DNA of 64,000 bases from Methanomassiliicoccaceae archaeon (GCA_040776945.1 JAXGZN010000001.1:1-64000); one strand, 5' to 3'; counted from the first letter of the stretch, positions 41,509 to 52,283 are shown. The notes: a model not told the origin generated them from the sequence alone. Translations and numbers: made by a program.

Positions 41509-42972
41509 ATGGCGGTGATGATGCAGAGGAGAGAGCGCTGGATCGTCCTACTCATTACCAGCGTGGGCGCTATGATGGGGCCTCTGGACTCCACCATAGT
41601 CAGCGTTACCCTTCCTACCATCTCCAGCGATCTGGAGATGGATTACGCGGCCTCGATATGGATACCTACCTCATACCTACTGGCGGTCGCCAGCCTGCTC
41701 CTGACCATGGGCCGCTTGTCGGACCTCCGAGGCAGGAAGATCATCTTTGAACTGGGATTTGCCGTTTTCATAATCGGTTCCTTCCTGTGCAGCGTGTCGG
41801 CGACCGGAGGGCAGATGATCGCCTTCCGCTTCCTGCAGGGGACCGGAGCGGCCATGATGATGTCCACCTCGCCTGCCATAATCACAGCGGCCTTCCCTCC
41901 CCATGAGAGGGGGAAGGCCTTGGGCATCAATGCCATGTCCGTTTACATCGGCCTCAGCCTAGGTCCTCCGCTGGGGGGCTTTCTCACGGCATCCTTTGGC
42001 TGGCCTTCGATATTCCTTGTGAACGTTCCGATCGGCCTGATCGTCATAGCCCTTTCCATCCTGATGCTGAAGGAGCCTTCCCGGAGCGCTCGCCCCCGCC
42101 CTTTCGACCTGGCCGGCGCCCTGACCTTCGCCGTGGGGCTCTCCGCGCTTCTGACCGCTCTCACCCTGGGCGAGGGGATGGGGTGGACGTCCCCGGGATC
42201 TATTGCGCTCTTGACCGTGGCGGCCCTCTCCTTGGCGGCGTTCCTTTTCATTGAGCACCGGAAGGCCCGGGAGGCGATGCTGGACCTTGAACTGCTCACG
42301 GGCAACCGCTTGTTCGCCATGGCGAACATGTCCGCTCTGCTGAACTACACCTCTTACTTCGGTGTGTCCTTCCTGCTGTCGTTCTACATGCAGCGGGTGC
42401 TCGGTCTCTCCCTGTACCTCACGGGGATGGTCCTTTTGTCTATGCCGCTGGTCATGAGCATCCTGTCCCCGGCCATGGGCTGGGCCTCGGACAGGATAGG
42501 GTCCAGGGTCCTTGCCTCAGGGGGCATGCTCCTCATTTCCGCCGGCCTGCTGCTGCTGGGCACGGTGGACGGCTCGACCTCGGTGCACAATCTTGTCTTG
42601 TACCTGGTGATCATGGGAATAGGCATGGGGATGTTCTCGTCGCCCAACACCAGCGCGGTCATGGGGTGCGTGACCGGAGACCAGCTGGGGGTCGCATCGG
42701 GGACCTTGTCGACCATGCGAGTTGTCGGCCAGTCGCTTAGCTTGGTGATCATGGGCGCCCTTGTCGCCACCGTGGCCTCCACCACTCTGCTGACCGAGCT
42801 GTTCTCAGGCAGCCTCGGGGCGGGCGCCCCGTCCGATGTGGAGGGCTTCGTAGATGGGATGAGGCTTGCGTTCACCGTCTCGGCAGGGATCGCGTTCGCC
42901 GGGGCCATCACCTCCCTGGCACGCGGGAAGGTGATACGATGCGAGGGGCTGGAGGACCAGGCTGGTCTTTGA
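41509..42972 (+). CDS. MFS transporter, DHA2/EmrB-QacA family
   Basis: LDSTIVSVTLP, GRLSDLRGRK, RFLQG.G, GPPLGGFL, IFLVNVPIG; about 14 TM helices. Confidence 0.93.
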   Translation: MAVMMQRRERWIVLLITSVGAMMGPLDSTIVSVTLPTISSDLEMDYAASIWIPTSYLLAVASLLLTMGRLSDLRGRKIIFELGFAVFIIGSFLCSVSATGGQMIAFRFLQGTGAAMMMSTSPAIITAAFPPHERGKALGINAMSVYIGLSLGPPLGGFLTASFGWPSIFLVNVPIGLIVIALSILMLKEPSRSARPRPFDLAGALTFAVGLSALLTALTLGEGMGWTSPGSIALLTVAALSLAAFLFIEHRKAREAMLDLELLTGNRLFAMANMSALLNYTSYFGVSFLLSFYMQRVLGLSLYLTGMVLLSMPLVMSILSPAMGWASDRIGSRVLASGGMLLISAGLLLLGTVDGSTSVHNLVLYLVIMGIGMGMFSSPNTSAVMGCVTGDQLGVASGTLSTMRVVGQSLSLVIMGALVATVASTTLLTELFSGSLGAGAPSDVEGFVDGMRLAFTVSAGIAFAGAITSLARGKVIRCEGLEDQAGL

Positions 42973-43041
42973 TGTCGACGACGGACCCTGCCCATTGGCG
43001 AATGACAAAACCTATATGCCGAGCCTTTTTTATCGCCCATC

Positions 43042-44001
43042 ATGGCCAACCTTAACGTGGCGGTCATCGGCCCGAACGACTTCGCCAAGGACCTCGGCAA
43101 GAAGGGCACCGTTTCGGACATCACGCTCTACGACCTGAAGCAGGGCGCCGATACCGTCACCTTCATAGAGCCCACCAAGTATCCCGACCGCCTTGCTCCG
43201 CTGTTCTATGCCGCCTCCTTGGCCGACCGCGCCCTGATAGTGGTGGACGCCATCAACGCCCAGCTAGGCGAGTGCATCGTCATGCTGCAGTGCGCCGGGG
43301 TGAGGGATGGCCACATCGTACTTCGCAACTATCTGGCACAGGAACAGCTGGCCCCCTTGATCAAGGGGACCGTTCTGGAGGGATATAGGTACGTCGATGA
43401 GGACAAGGCCGCGTTGAGGGAGATGCTGTTGGAGGAGGCAAGGAGCAGGCCATCGGCCAAAGAACTGGGAAAGGGCGCGGTGCCCATTGACCATTTCTTC
43501 AACGTGAAAGGCGTGGGCACGGTCGTCCTTGGCTGCGTCGCGTATGGGCGGATCGAGAAGCATGACGAGCTTAAGGTCCTGCCCACTGCCCGCACGGCCT
43601 TGGTCCGCTCGATCCAGAAGCATGACGATGACTTCAGCGACGCGGTGCATGGTGACCGGGTAGGGCTCGCCTTGAAGAACATCGATGTGGAGCAGCTTGA
43701 CCGCGGGTACGTGCTCACGGCCGATGAGCGGGTAAAGAGCGACAGCGCCATTACCGCAGAGGCCGAGCTGGTAAGCTACTGGAAGACGCCGCTGAAGCAG
43801 GGCATGGTCCTGCATCTGGGACACTGGATGCAGTTCGTCGCCGCCCGTGTGGAGAGTGTCGACGACAGTGGCGACCCCCGCCGGCCGACCGTCACCCTAT
43901 CCCTCGATAAGCCGGTGGTGCACCCTCCGGGCTCACGCGCCGTCCTCATGTACCTCGAGGGGGGCAAGCTCAGGGTCGCCGGGTCCATGGCCTTGCCGTA
44001 G
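43042..44001 (+). CDS. Archaeal SelB/EF-Tu-like protein with degenerate G domain
   Basis: PIDHFFNVKGVGTVVLG, VRSIQKHD, GDRVGLALK...LDRGYVL (EF-Tu domain II). No canonical GxxxxGKS/T. Confidence 0.8.
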   Translation: MANLNVAVIGPNDFAKDLGKKGTVSDITLYDLKQGADTVTFIEPTKYPDRLAPLFYAASLADRALIVVDAINAQLGECIVMLQCAGVRDGHIVLRNYLAQEQLAPLIKGTVLEGYRYVDEDKAALREMLLEEARSRPSAKELGKGAVPIDHFFNVKGVGTVVLGCVAYGRIEKHDELKVLPTARTALVRSIQKHDDDFSDAVHGDRVGLALKNIDVEQLDRGYVLTADERVKSDSAITAEAELVSYWKTPLKQGMVLHLGHWMQFVAARVESVDDSGDPRRPTVTLSLDKPVVHPPGSRAVLMYLEGGKLRVAGSMALP

Positions 44002-44047
44002 GCGACAGTTGGATGAACCATGACCGAGATACGGTCAGGCGAGACAT

Positions 44048-44374
44048 ATGGACTTCGAGAGGTTCATAATCGATCTTAACGCGAAGTGCTTGTGCGGGTG
44101 CATGGAGGGGGACCGCATCCATAAGATCTACCGATTCCCCAACGACTACGGCGCATCGGTGGTCTCTGCACCAAAGGCGGACCTCGAGGCCCGAGGCACC
44201 TTCAGGCTGTACGTGCTGCATTATGAGAGCCCGGCCCCGGAGCACGAGTGCGAGATCGTCCGCGACAGCGATCTTACCGACGACCACATTGTGTGCCGGG
44301 ACTGGAACGACGCGGAGAGATGGCTGCGGAGGGTCTACGATCTCGCGCCGGGCAGGCACTCTCATTGCCATTGA
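44048..44374 (+). CDS. Hypothetical protein
   Basis: 108-aa ORF following the SelB-like gene; YRFPNDYGASVV motif. Confidence 0.55.
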   Translation: MDFERFIIDLNAKCLCGCMEGDRIHKIYRFPNDYGASVVSAPKADLEARGTFRLYVLHYESPAPEHECEIVRDSDLTDDHIVCRDWNDAERWLRRVYDLAPGRHSHCH

Positions 44375-44514
44375 TGGTCTCGGCGGGAAACATCGCGCCT
44401 CGGCCCGAACGATGTTCACGATCGCAGGACCCAGGCCTACCGGCTCACGGCCTCGCTCGACGAGATCGGCCGCGGGAACCGCAGATATGCCGCCCTTGCC
44501 CTCCGGCCGCCCAC

Positions 44515-45444
44515 TTACTGTTTTCGCACCAGGTACTCAGCGATGCCGTAGCCCTTCTGACCGTTGAGATCGAACTCGGCCAAGGCCTCGTGCAGAACGG
44601 ACATCGTCCTGCCGTCCCGGCTGGGGAACGGTATCGCCACCATTCGCAGCACCTCGGCCGTGATCTTATGCTTGCCCTTGGCCTCATCTACCAGGGACAT
44701 CGCCATGGAGCATGGCGTGCCGTCAGGGTCGAGCACTGTCCTCACGTTCGCCTTCACCACGGGCAGGTCCTTTCCATACATGTGGAAATAGCCTCCTGAC
44801 GCCTCGCGCTGCTCAGTGAACTTCTTGGTGACGCTGAACGCTACATTGTCGGAGAACTGGCCGGTCAGCCGGAACCACATCTTGTACCTGCTCCAGTCCA
44901 AGGTCCCCCAGGTATGGTTCCTACCTCCTCGCCCGGAAATGTCGAACTGCTCGGTGCCCACCATAAGGGACCCGCTGACCTTGCCGAACTGCCCGAGATG
45001 TTCCAAGACCGCCTTCTGCGCGGGACCGTCGCCCTTCCCGTCGGCGTGCTCGATGAAGCCTGTGGCCTGGTTGCGTGCCTCGAAATCCAGCTCGAACGAT
45101 ACCGGGGTCGGAACGGGATCTCCCTCCGTAAGCCGGCCCATGTGCCCGTTGAACTTCAGCAACCATCTCTTCTCCGGCTCCACCGTCCTGATCGACAGAC
45201 CCATGGCATACAGTGAGATGGGGCCGCACGGCTCGTTGCCGCTCATTCCCACCACCGAACCGTCCGGCATCAGGAAGAAGCAGAACGCCGAACGCTCGTT
45301 CATGTTCGGCTTCAGCCCAACGCGCATGAAGGCGCATATATCGTTATCCTGGTCGTAGACGTTGAAGTACAAGCTCTCGCCCCACTCCCTGCCCGGACCC
45401 GCCGGGTGCAACAGATCGACGCTCATGTCCCTTGCCTCTCCCAT
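44515..45444 (-). CDS. Hypothetical beta-barrel protein (lipocalin/AttH-like fold suspected)
   Basis: W.ESLYFN.YD, VEPEKRW.L.F.G, H.GQFG.V.G, G.G.RNHTWG..DW, GYGIAEYL. Confidence 0.7.
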   Translation of the reverse strand: MGEARDMSVDLLHPAGPGREWGESLYFNVYDQDNDICAFMRVGLKPNMNERSAFCFFLMPDGSVVGMSGNEPCGPISLYAMGLSIRTVEPEKRWLLKFNGHMGRLTEGDPVPTPVSFELDFEARNQATGFIEHADGKGDGPAQKAVLEHLGQFGKVSGSLMVGTEQFDISGRGGRNHTWGTLDWSRYKMWFRLTGQFSDNVAFSVTKKFTEQREASGGYFHMYGKDLPVVKANVRTVLDPDGTPCSMAMSLVDEAKGKHKITAEVLRMVAIPFPSRDGRTMSVLHEALAEFDLNGQKGYGIAEYLVRKQ

Positions 45445-45717
45445 GACATATTTGGTCCTCTCGACATCGCATTGAGGGTTCGCTTCCGATCGGCGCCTGC
45501 GGCGCCGATCTGTTTATTCCCGCGGCCGTCGCGATGATGCCCAGGTCCCGTCCCATCGTTGAGATGTTCGCGGCCCTATTATAAATGACGATGAATGGGG
45601 TGTGTCCTTCGAACAATTCTAGCCGCCGTTGTACCCGCCCTACCTGCCCTTGTTGACGATGGCGGCTCACGTAACGCCCTGGGTCATGTTTATATGCTGA
45701 CCGGCAATGCTTCGGGC

Positions 45718-47775
45718 ATGGAGGGACGTTTCTGCGAGTGCGGCTGCCTCCTCGACCCTGCATCCGGCGTCTGTCCGGGCTGCGGGGAGGCATCGAGGCG
45801 GGAGCGGAGGACATCGGCCCGCATGGCCGCGCCGCGGACGGACGCCTCGGACCGGAGAAAGGAGGTGGAGAGGCCTCCTCTCTTCCCCTATCATCCGAGG
45901 CCATCCCAGATAGAGATCGTGAACGCCGTGCAAAGCGCCATGGACCTCGGGAAGCACCTGATCATGGAATCAGGGACCGGGACTGGCAAGACCGTCTGCT
46001 CGCTCGTCGGCGCGCTGCAGCATGCCAAGGCCAACAAGAAGAAGGTGCTCTATCTTACCAGGACGATATCTCAGAGCGACCAGGTTATGAAGGAGCTGCG
46101 CTCCGTCTCGCGGCGCCAGAGGGTGTCGGGATTGGCCATGCAGGGGCGCAGGCGCTCCTGCCTCCTTCTGCGCACTCTCGAGGAGCTCGAGGACATCCCC
46201 CCGCACGCGCTGTCCAAGATCTGCGAGGAGCGCAAGGCCAGGACAGTGGCAAGGCAGCATGGGGGCTGTCCTCACTATGCGGACCTCCTTGCCATCGGGG
46301 AGATGGGCTTCCTGAAATATTGCGCCGACGAGCTGCCGACCGCGGCGGAGTTCGACCGCTTCTGCGAGAAGCAGGGTGCCTGCCCATACGAGGCGAGAAA
46401 GGCGATCGTCCCGCTCGTGGATGTAGTGGCCGTTCCATATGTCCAGGTTTTGTCCAAGGAGATCCGCTCCCAGCTGTTCGACCGGCTGCAGCTCACCATG
46501 GACGATGTGATCATCATCGTGGACGAGGCCCATAATCTTATCGACGCAGCCAGGGACCAGGAGAGCTTCGACATCACCATGCATGACATCCAGGCGGCCG
46601 AGGATGAGACCCGGGAGCTTGGGAACCCGCGGTTAGCGACAGGAGTAGACCATGGTCTGCTCTGCTCCACGCTTCGCCGCATCATCGACGACGCGGTCCG
46701 CGAGCAGGTACCCCGCGGCTCTTACGAGGCCCGCCTGGGCCGGAGGTTCTTGGAAGGCAAGCTCAGGACTGAACTGAAGCTTGACGAGGAGGAGCTCCGC
46801 TCGATGTGCGCCAATATGGTGAACGCCGGTCAAAAGCAGGTTGAGATGAGGCTGGAGCAAGGAAAGGAGCCCACCTCTGCCACCCTTCGGCTTGGCTCTC
46901 TGCTGGAGATCTGGTTCCGGGCCGAGGACGCGAGGTTCGTGAAGATGGTGTCGTCCGATGACCTCGGTTCCCTCAAGGCCTGCTGCCTGGACCCTCAGGA
47001 GACCACCTCGTTCCTCCGTGAGGTCAAAGGCGTGGTCCACATGTCGGGCACGATGCAGCCGCTGAGGCAGTATGCGGACATACTCGACCTGCCGGAGAAC
47101 CGCGAGCTCCGCATTTTCCCATCCCCTTTCCCGCCGGAGAACCGCCTGGTGCTTTACGCAGAGGACGTAAGCGCCGGGCAGCGGGAGATGCGGGATGACC
47201 CCTCGATGAAGGGGCGCATAGAGGACCATATTATCAACATCTGTCAAGCCACCGACCGCAACACCATGGTGTTCTTCCGCTCCTACGAGATGCTGAGGAC
47301 CATGCGCCCCCGGATCGAGGAATGCGTCGATCGCCAGCTCTACTGGGAGGAGTCCGGAGCGTCCCGCCGGCTGGCATCGAGCATCCAGGCCTTCAAGCGA
47401 GGCCGAGGAGGGGTGTTCTTCACTGTAATGGGCGGTAAGGTCGCCGAGGGCCTGGACTTCCCGGGGCAGGAACTGGACATAGCGATCGTGGTCGGCCTTC
47501 CCTATCCGCCGCCATCGCTGCTCCTTGATGAGCTGAAGCAGCGCTATGATCGCAAGTACGGACCGGGAAAGGGATGGGAGTACGCCTCAGCGGTGCCCGC
47601 GGTGCGCAAGGTCCAGCAGGCCATCGGCCGGCTCATCAGGACAGAGACGGATCGGGGGATCGCGATCGTCCTGGATAACCGGATGTCGAGATATCGCGAG
47701 CATGTCGGCGCCATCCCCACCAAGGACCCGGTGGCCGAGGTGACGCGCTTCTTCGGATGGAGCAAACGGTTCTGA
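45718..47775 (+). CDS. XPD/Rad3/DinG-family Fe-S DNA helicase with N-terminal Zn-ribbon
   Basis: SGTGTGKT, Fe-S cysteines (SCLL, KIC, GCPHY, ACPYE), DEAHNL, SGT, AEGLDF, QAIGRLIR. Confidence 0.92.
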   Translation: MEGRFCECGCLLDPASGVCPGCGEASRRERRTSARMAAPRTDASDRRKEVERPPLFPYHPRPSQIEIVNAVQSAMDLGKHLIMESGTGTGKTVCSLVGALQHAKANKKKVLYLTRTISQSDQVMKELRSVSRRQRVSGLAMQGRRRSCLLLRTLEELEDIPPHALSKICEERKARTVARQHGGCPHYADLLAIGEMGFLKYCADELPTAAEFDRFCEKQGACPYEARKAIVPLVDVVAVPYVQVLSKEIRSQLFDRLQLTMDDVIIIVDEAHNLIDAARDQESFDITMHDIQAAEDETRELGNPRLATGVDHGLLCSTLRRIIDDAVREQVPRGSYEARLGRRFLEGKLRTELKLDEEELRSMCANMVNAGQKQVEMRLEQGKEPTSATLRLGSLLEIWFRAEDARFVKMVSSDDLGSLKACCLDPQETTSFLREVKGVVHMSGTMQPLRQYADILDLPENRELRIFPSPFPPENRLVLYAEDVSAGQREMRDDPSMKGRIEDHIINICQATDRNTMVFFRSYEMLRTMRPRIEECVDRQLYWEESGASRRLASSIQAFKRGRGGVFFTVMGGKVAEGLDFPGQELDIAIVVGLPYPPPSLLLDELKQRYDRKYGPGKGWEYASAVPAVRKVQQAIGRLIRTETDRGIAIVLDNRMSRYREHVGAIPTKDPVAEVTRFFGWSKRF

Positions 47776-47863
47776 GCCGATCCTCCGCGCTCAAGGCTTC
47801 GTTCTAGCTAGGGACGCAGCAACAGAAATGAATAAATAGGAGGTTCTCATCAGTGGTTTCGGT

Positions 47864-47982
47864 GTGACGGCCATAGCGGCGGGGATACACCCGGTCCCAT
47901 TCGAACCCGGCAGTTAAGCCCGCCTGCGTTCCACGCTGTACTGCGGTGCGCGAGCCCGCGGGAACCGTGGAACGCTGTCAGC
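47864..47982 (+). rRNA. rrf: 5S rRNA
   Basis: TGACGGCCATAGCGGCGGGGATACACCCGGTCCCATTCGAACCCGGCAGTTAAGCCCGCC...GGGAACC...GCTGTCA, followed by a T-rich tract. Confidence 0.95.
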
Positions 47983-47993
47983 CACTTTTCCTC

Positions 47994-48581
47994 TCATTTC
48001 AATGCTTGCTTGATGACATTGGAAACGGCTTCGGTGTTCACCGCAGTACCGCAGTATTGACAGTACTTGACCCCACTGTCGCCCATATTGCTGTGCACCG
48101 TCAGCGCCGCACCGCAGTTGGGGCACTTGTACGGGACGTTGAGGCTCCCGGAGCTCATCTGGTCTATGAGGTCGTTCACGTCCACGTTGATGTTCTTCAC
48201 CACCTGGCGGTTCGCGCGGTTCCTGACCTGACCGGCCTGTACGAGATACCCGAAGTCCTCGTAGAGCTGGGCCAGTTCATCATAGCGGGCAGTGACCTCG
48301 AGCCTATGGGCCATCGGTCCGATGAACTGGTTGTCGAGAACGTTCCTGCAGCGGGGACAGAACGAGTAGTAATAACGGCCATAGTGGACGAACTGGTTGA
48401 GCCGGTAGCTGCGCCTGAACCACTCGATCTGCTGAGGTGTGTGCCTGCTCACGTTGTTCAGCCCGCAATGTTGGTGCATTCCATAGCCGCACATGGAGCA
48501 AGCTATCTGAAGCTCCTTCTCGGTGATGGGGCCATTGCAGCATATGCAGTTGTACAGTACCTTGGGCTTGAACATGGCCAT
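47994..48581 (-). CDS. Cys-rich zinc-ribbon protein
   Basis: CICC, CSMC, CPRC, YKCPNCGA, CQYCGT. Confidence 0.75.
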   Translation of the reverse strand: MAMFKPKVLYNCICCNGPITEKELQIACSMCGYGMHQHCGLNNVSRHTPQQIEWFRRSYRLNQFVHYGRYYYSFCPRCRNVLDNQFIGPMAHRLEVTARYDELAQLYEDFGYLVQAGQVRNRANRQVVKNINVDVNDLIDQMSSGSLNVPYKCPNCGAALTVHSNMGDSGVKYCQYCGTAVNTEAVSNVIKQALK

Positions 48582-48709
48582 CAAACTAGTATCGACTCGT
48601 CGATATAATTTGATGTCGGGATGCGGCGCGGCCTTCCGTCGTCCGGGAACCGGTGCCCTTGATCACCGGCCAGAGAGAGGCGCTTGACAGCATCCCCACG
48701 CGCCGATGG

Positions 48710-49660
48710 TCAAGGCCGGTAGTTGAGACGGATGTTGATGCCGCCGGCGCTGGCGTTGGAGCGTACGTCCAGGACGTGGTCCGATGGATAGTTCGTGGAA
48801 ACCAGGTCCTCATCGGTCCCGTTGAACCCGCTGCGATGGCCGACGCGCACCCCTCCCAGCTCGGCATGCGATTGAACGCGGGCGGAAGTATTGCCTACTA
48901 CGTCAAGGTTCAGATCTATCCCGCCCAGGGATGCGGTGGACCGCACCGTCAAGTTGCTGCCCAGTTCGCTGGACTGCATGATGATGAGCCTTACGCCTCC
49001 GGCCGATGCCGTCAGGTCAACGCTCGCGTTGTTCGTCGCCCTGAGGTCTGTCCATCCAAAGTCCACTCCGCCAAGGGAGGTGTTTATCCTCAGCGGCCCG
49101 TCCAGGGTCGTACCGCTCGCGAGATCGGCCTTGATCCCTCCGGCGGAAGCTCTGATGTTCAGGCCGGTCAGGACAACGCCGTCAGCGGTCGTTACGTTCA
49201 CCGCTCCCAGAGAATTTTTCACCGTCAGAGAGGTGATAAGTCGGTTGGAGATGTTAAGGTCACACCTTACATCATTGCTTCCGAACCACCCAATGTTCCG
49301 GCCCATGCTGACGTTGAGCTCGATGGATATGCTGTCCGTGCCGTTGGCCACGGCCCAGCTCACGTTAACCGGACGCTCTGGGCCGAAGAGGCCGGAGCGA
49401 TGGGTTCCCACAAGGGACATGGATGCGGCCTCAGAGCTGTCATTGACGAACCTTATGGTCATGCTCCCGATGTCCATGGATGCGTTCACTGTCAACGATC
49501 GAACGCCTGGGGCAAGCTCTACCTGCCGCGATTCGTTCACATTGACGGTCTTGAACGGCACAAGGAACAGCGCGATCGCCGCGATTATGATCAAGATCAT
49601 GATCAGTATGGCGATCAGGACCCCCGTCAGCCCAGAGCGGTCCCCGGACAATCGGTACAT
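48710..49660 (-). CDS. Membrane-anchored protein with DUF4097/adhesin-like beta repeats
   Basis: One N-terminal TM helix, repeated (S/A)(L/A)GG(V/I) turns, many NxS/T sequons. Confidence 0.75.
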   Translation of the reverse strand: MYRLSGDRSGLTGVLIAILIMILIIIAAIALFLVPFKTVNVNESRQVELAPGVRSLTVNASMDIGSMTIRFVNDSSEAASMSLVGTHRSGLFGPERPVNVSWAVANGTDSISIELNVSMGRNIGWFGSNDVRCDLNISNRLITSLTVKNSLGAVNVTTADGVVLTGLNIRASAGGIKADLASGTTLDGPLRINTSLGGVDFGWTDLRATNNASVDLTASAGGVRLIIMQSSELGSNLTVRSTASLGGIDLNLDVVGNTSARVQSHAELGGVRVGHRSGFNGTDEDLVSTNYPSDHVLDVRSNASAGGINIRLNYRP

Positions 49661-50361
49661 GCCTGGAAATAAGGAACCTGCCCTTATTAGCTTTGTTTGC
49701 TCCCGCGGAGGTCAAGAGCTGGGGCAGAGGACCGACCTGCATTCACCCGGCAGAAAGAAAGGTTCCGGATCGACCGCGATGAGAAATGGGCGATCGTGAG
49801 AGTACCGGTAATCCGCTGGACCTGGCCTGGCGGCAGTGTCCCGCAGGCCACCTGATGTTGTGGAGCACCAGAAAGGCCTGGGCATGTTCCGGCGCATCGA
49901 CCCGAACGGCCTCCTCTCTACGCGATGTCCTTCTAGAAGGCCTTTGATGGGCCCTCCTCGGTCCGCATCACGGCCGATCCTGTGTCAGATCGGCAGAGCT
50001 GCGCTCATTGGACGATATGCCGGATGTCCAGCACCTGATACGAATAATGTAGTGTTTTTGATGTGAACTCTCATTTCAATGACGATAAATGAGGGACGAA
50101 CTACCTTGATAACACTGAATAACGGAACAAGCCGCAATTCATTTGAAATAGTGAATGATGCATGGAAACAGGCATTCCCGGTCGAACGAATGGACGCATT
50201 GGAAGTATGCAAAACGCGAGAACATGGATCCAGATGGGTCCTGGGCATAGGCCCTCCTGCTCCCAAGGCCGCGCTGGTCCCTCGAGGACGGCGGTTCCAA
50301 GCCATGACCACGTTCGAGAGCGCGGGCGCCGAGGGCTTCTGTTCGAGGAAGAGGTGAGGTC

Positions 50362-51054
50362 GTGGCGAGACGAAGGGGACGATTTGGGCTCGGGCACATA
50401 ACAGCGATCCTCTCAGCAGGTGAAAGAAGGACGTTCAACGACCTGTCGAGAATGATAGAGCTGGGCCGGAGGGCGAACGCCGTAATGATAGAGATGCTGT
50501 CCTCCAGCTCGTCATTGACCGCCCTTAACGAGGACATCAGGCTGCTGGAGAAGCAGGCAGACCAGCTTTCCTTCGCGATAAGGAGCGGGATCACCGGCGG
50601 AGCGGTCAACCCCAACGTTCTGGACAATCTGCTGGAATGCGTTGATCTGGCGGACTCGATCGTTGATGATTATTTTTGGGTCAGCAGGGAGCTCCTCAGG
50701 ATCTCGAAGGTCACCTTCAGCAACGGTCTTTCGGCTCAGACTGCGGAGATGGAGACGCTCCTCATCAAGTTCCTTGACCTTGCCGAGAAGGGGATGATGA
50801 TATTGTTGGAAATGCTGAGGGCATCGAACCTTGGCAAGATAACAGAGCTGAGAAATGACATCGAGCTTCTGGAAGAGGAGGGAGATAACATCAAGGACCA
50901 TGGGTTCGACATGCTGTATGCATCGGCCCAGGACATGCACTATCTGCAATTCGCGCATCTTTCGGAGATGCTGCAAAAGTTCGACGACATACTGGACTCG
51001 TGCGAGGACATGGCGGACCTCCTGGTCTCCATAACCACAACTATCTCGAGGTGA
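50362..51054 (+). CDS. DUF47 / PhoU-like phosphate transport regulator
   Basis: LEKQADQL, LEEEGDNIK, DDILDSCEDMAD. Coupled to a PiT gene. Confidence 0.85.
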   Translation: MARRRGRFGLGHITAILSAGERRTFNDLSRMIELGRRANAVMIEMLSSSSSLTALNEDIRLLEKQADQLSFAIRSGITGGAVNPNVLDNLLECVDLADSIVDDYFWVSRELLRISKVTFSNGLSAQTAEMETLLIKFLDLAEKGMMILLEMLRASNLGKITELRNDIELLEEEGDNIKDHGFDMLYASAQDMHYLQFAHLSEMLQKFDDILDSCEDMADLLVSITTTISR

Positions 51055-51959
51055 TGGTACAAACGATCCTTCTTCTCCCAGCGCTCTTCCTCTCGGCGGC
51101 CCTGGTCTCGGGCAATAATCTTGCAGCATGCATGGGTGCAGCCGTGGGGGCGAGGATGATCGACCGAAGAGCAGCCACGATCATGGGCATCTTCGGCTAT
51201 GTGCTCGGCCTCTTACTGCTGGGAGAAAATATGGTACGTTCGGCGCATGCTCTGTTCCCCGACGGCCTCGGAGCGGATCTGGCATCAGAGGTCCTGCTAT
51301 CGACCGTGGCCGTCTTCGTCCTAGGGAGCTTGCTGAGAGTGCCGCTTTCGGTCACATCCGCGCTGACCGGAATGCTCACAGGCATCTCGGTCGCCAAGGG
51401 GCTCCCCATCGACCTTCAGTTCCTAGGGTACATCATCATGGTGTGGATGGCCGTGCCCATTCTATCCATCATGATCGCTTATTTCTCTATGAGGCTGATC
51501 TCGAGGTCTGGGCCGAGGGATGTGTGGAAAAGGACCGAAAGGTACAAGCTCCTGGTTGTCGCGGCCTCGTTCCTTACCGCGGTTGCGGTAGGCGCGAACT
51601 CCCTTGCCTTGGTCGTCGCGGTCAGCGGGTTCGAGTCCGCGCAGACCTTGGTGGCCATCGCGGCCATTGTGTTCGGATCGTTCTTCCTGAGCTCGAGGCA
51701 GATGAAAAGGGTCGGTTCGGAAATGTACCTGATCGGCTATTCGAGCGCGTTCGTGACGTCGGCCACCTCCACGTTCATGATCTTCTTCGCGAGCGCGAAC
51801 GGGGTCCCTCTTTCCAGCACACAGACCCTCTCTGCCGCCATCTTCGGCGCTGGTCTTTCCCATAAGGAGAGGTTCATTGCCGTCAGGCCGTTCGTTATGA
51901 TCGTGCTGGGCTGGATCATCGCGCCGCTGGTGAGCTTCCTTGTCGGGCTGGCCCTCTGA
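51054..51959 (+). CDS. pit: Inorganic phosphate transporter, PiT family
   Basis: SGNNLAACMG, VPLSVT, GANSLA, GVPLSSTQ. Confidence 0.85.
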   Translation: MVQTILLLPALFLSAALVSGNNLAACMGAAVGARMIDRRAATIMGIFGYVLGLLLLGENMVRSAHALFPDGLGADLASEVLLSTVAVFVLGSLLRVPLSVTSALTGMLTGISVAKGLPIDLQFLGYIIMVWMAVPILSIMIAYFSMRLISRSGPRDVWKRTERYKLLVVAASFLTAVAVGANSLALVVAVSGFESAQTLVAIAAIVFGSFFLSSRQMKRVGSEMYLIGYSSAFVTSATSTFMIFFASANGVPLSSTQTLSAAIFGAGLSHKERFIAVRPFVMIVLGWIIAPLVSFLVGLAL

Positions 51960-52209
51960 CCGAGAGTGGCGCGCGGTTCTTGGGCCGAGTGGAGCGCATT
52001 GTGTCCTTCCACCAGCCTGTGACGATCGGCATCTGCGTGTTATCGGCGGACCGGCCGGGCCATCTTCTCTTGCGGTCCTGCCCTCATGGTCACGTTGATG
52101 CCGAAGGCGATGTATTGCCCCGGCATCTATGCGGACAGCATACCGGGATGGATGGTGCAGCTGGTGAAGGTGGAGAACGGGAAATGTCGAACGATGAAGG
52201 AAGAAAAGA

Positions 52210-52283
52210 TGGACGGACCGGGATTTGAACCCGGGGCCTCGTGATTGCAAATCACGCGATCTTCCGAGCTGATCTATCCGCCC
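52210..52283 (-). tRNA. tRNA-Ala(UGC)
   Basis: GGGCGGA-TAGATCAGCTCGGAAGATC-G-CGTGA-TT-TGC-AA-TCACG-AGGC-CCCGGGTTCAAATCCCGG-TCCGTCC-A. G3:U70 identity pair present; CCA not encoded. Confidence 0.97.

Noticed and set aside
49700-50360. Long intergenic region; candidate RNase P/SRP RNA or small ORF 50079-50357
   Set aside because: No RNase P or SRP signature motifs were found, and the ORF has no recognisable features.
52210-52283. tRNA-Ala as an integration site
   Set aside because: No duplicated tRNA 3' end or integrase was seen nearby.
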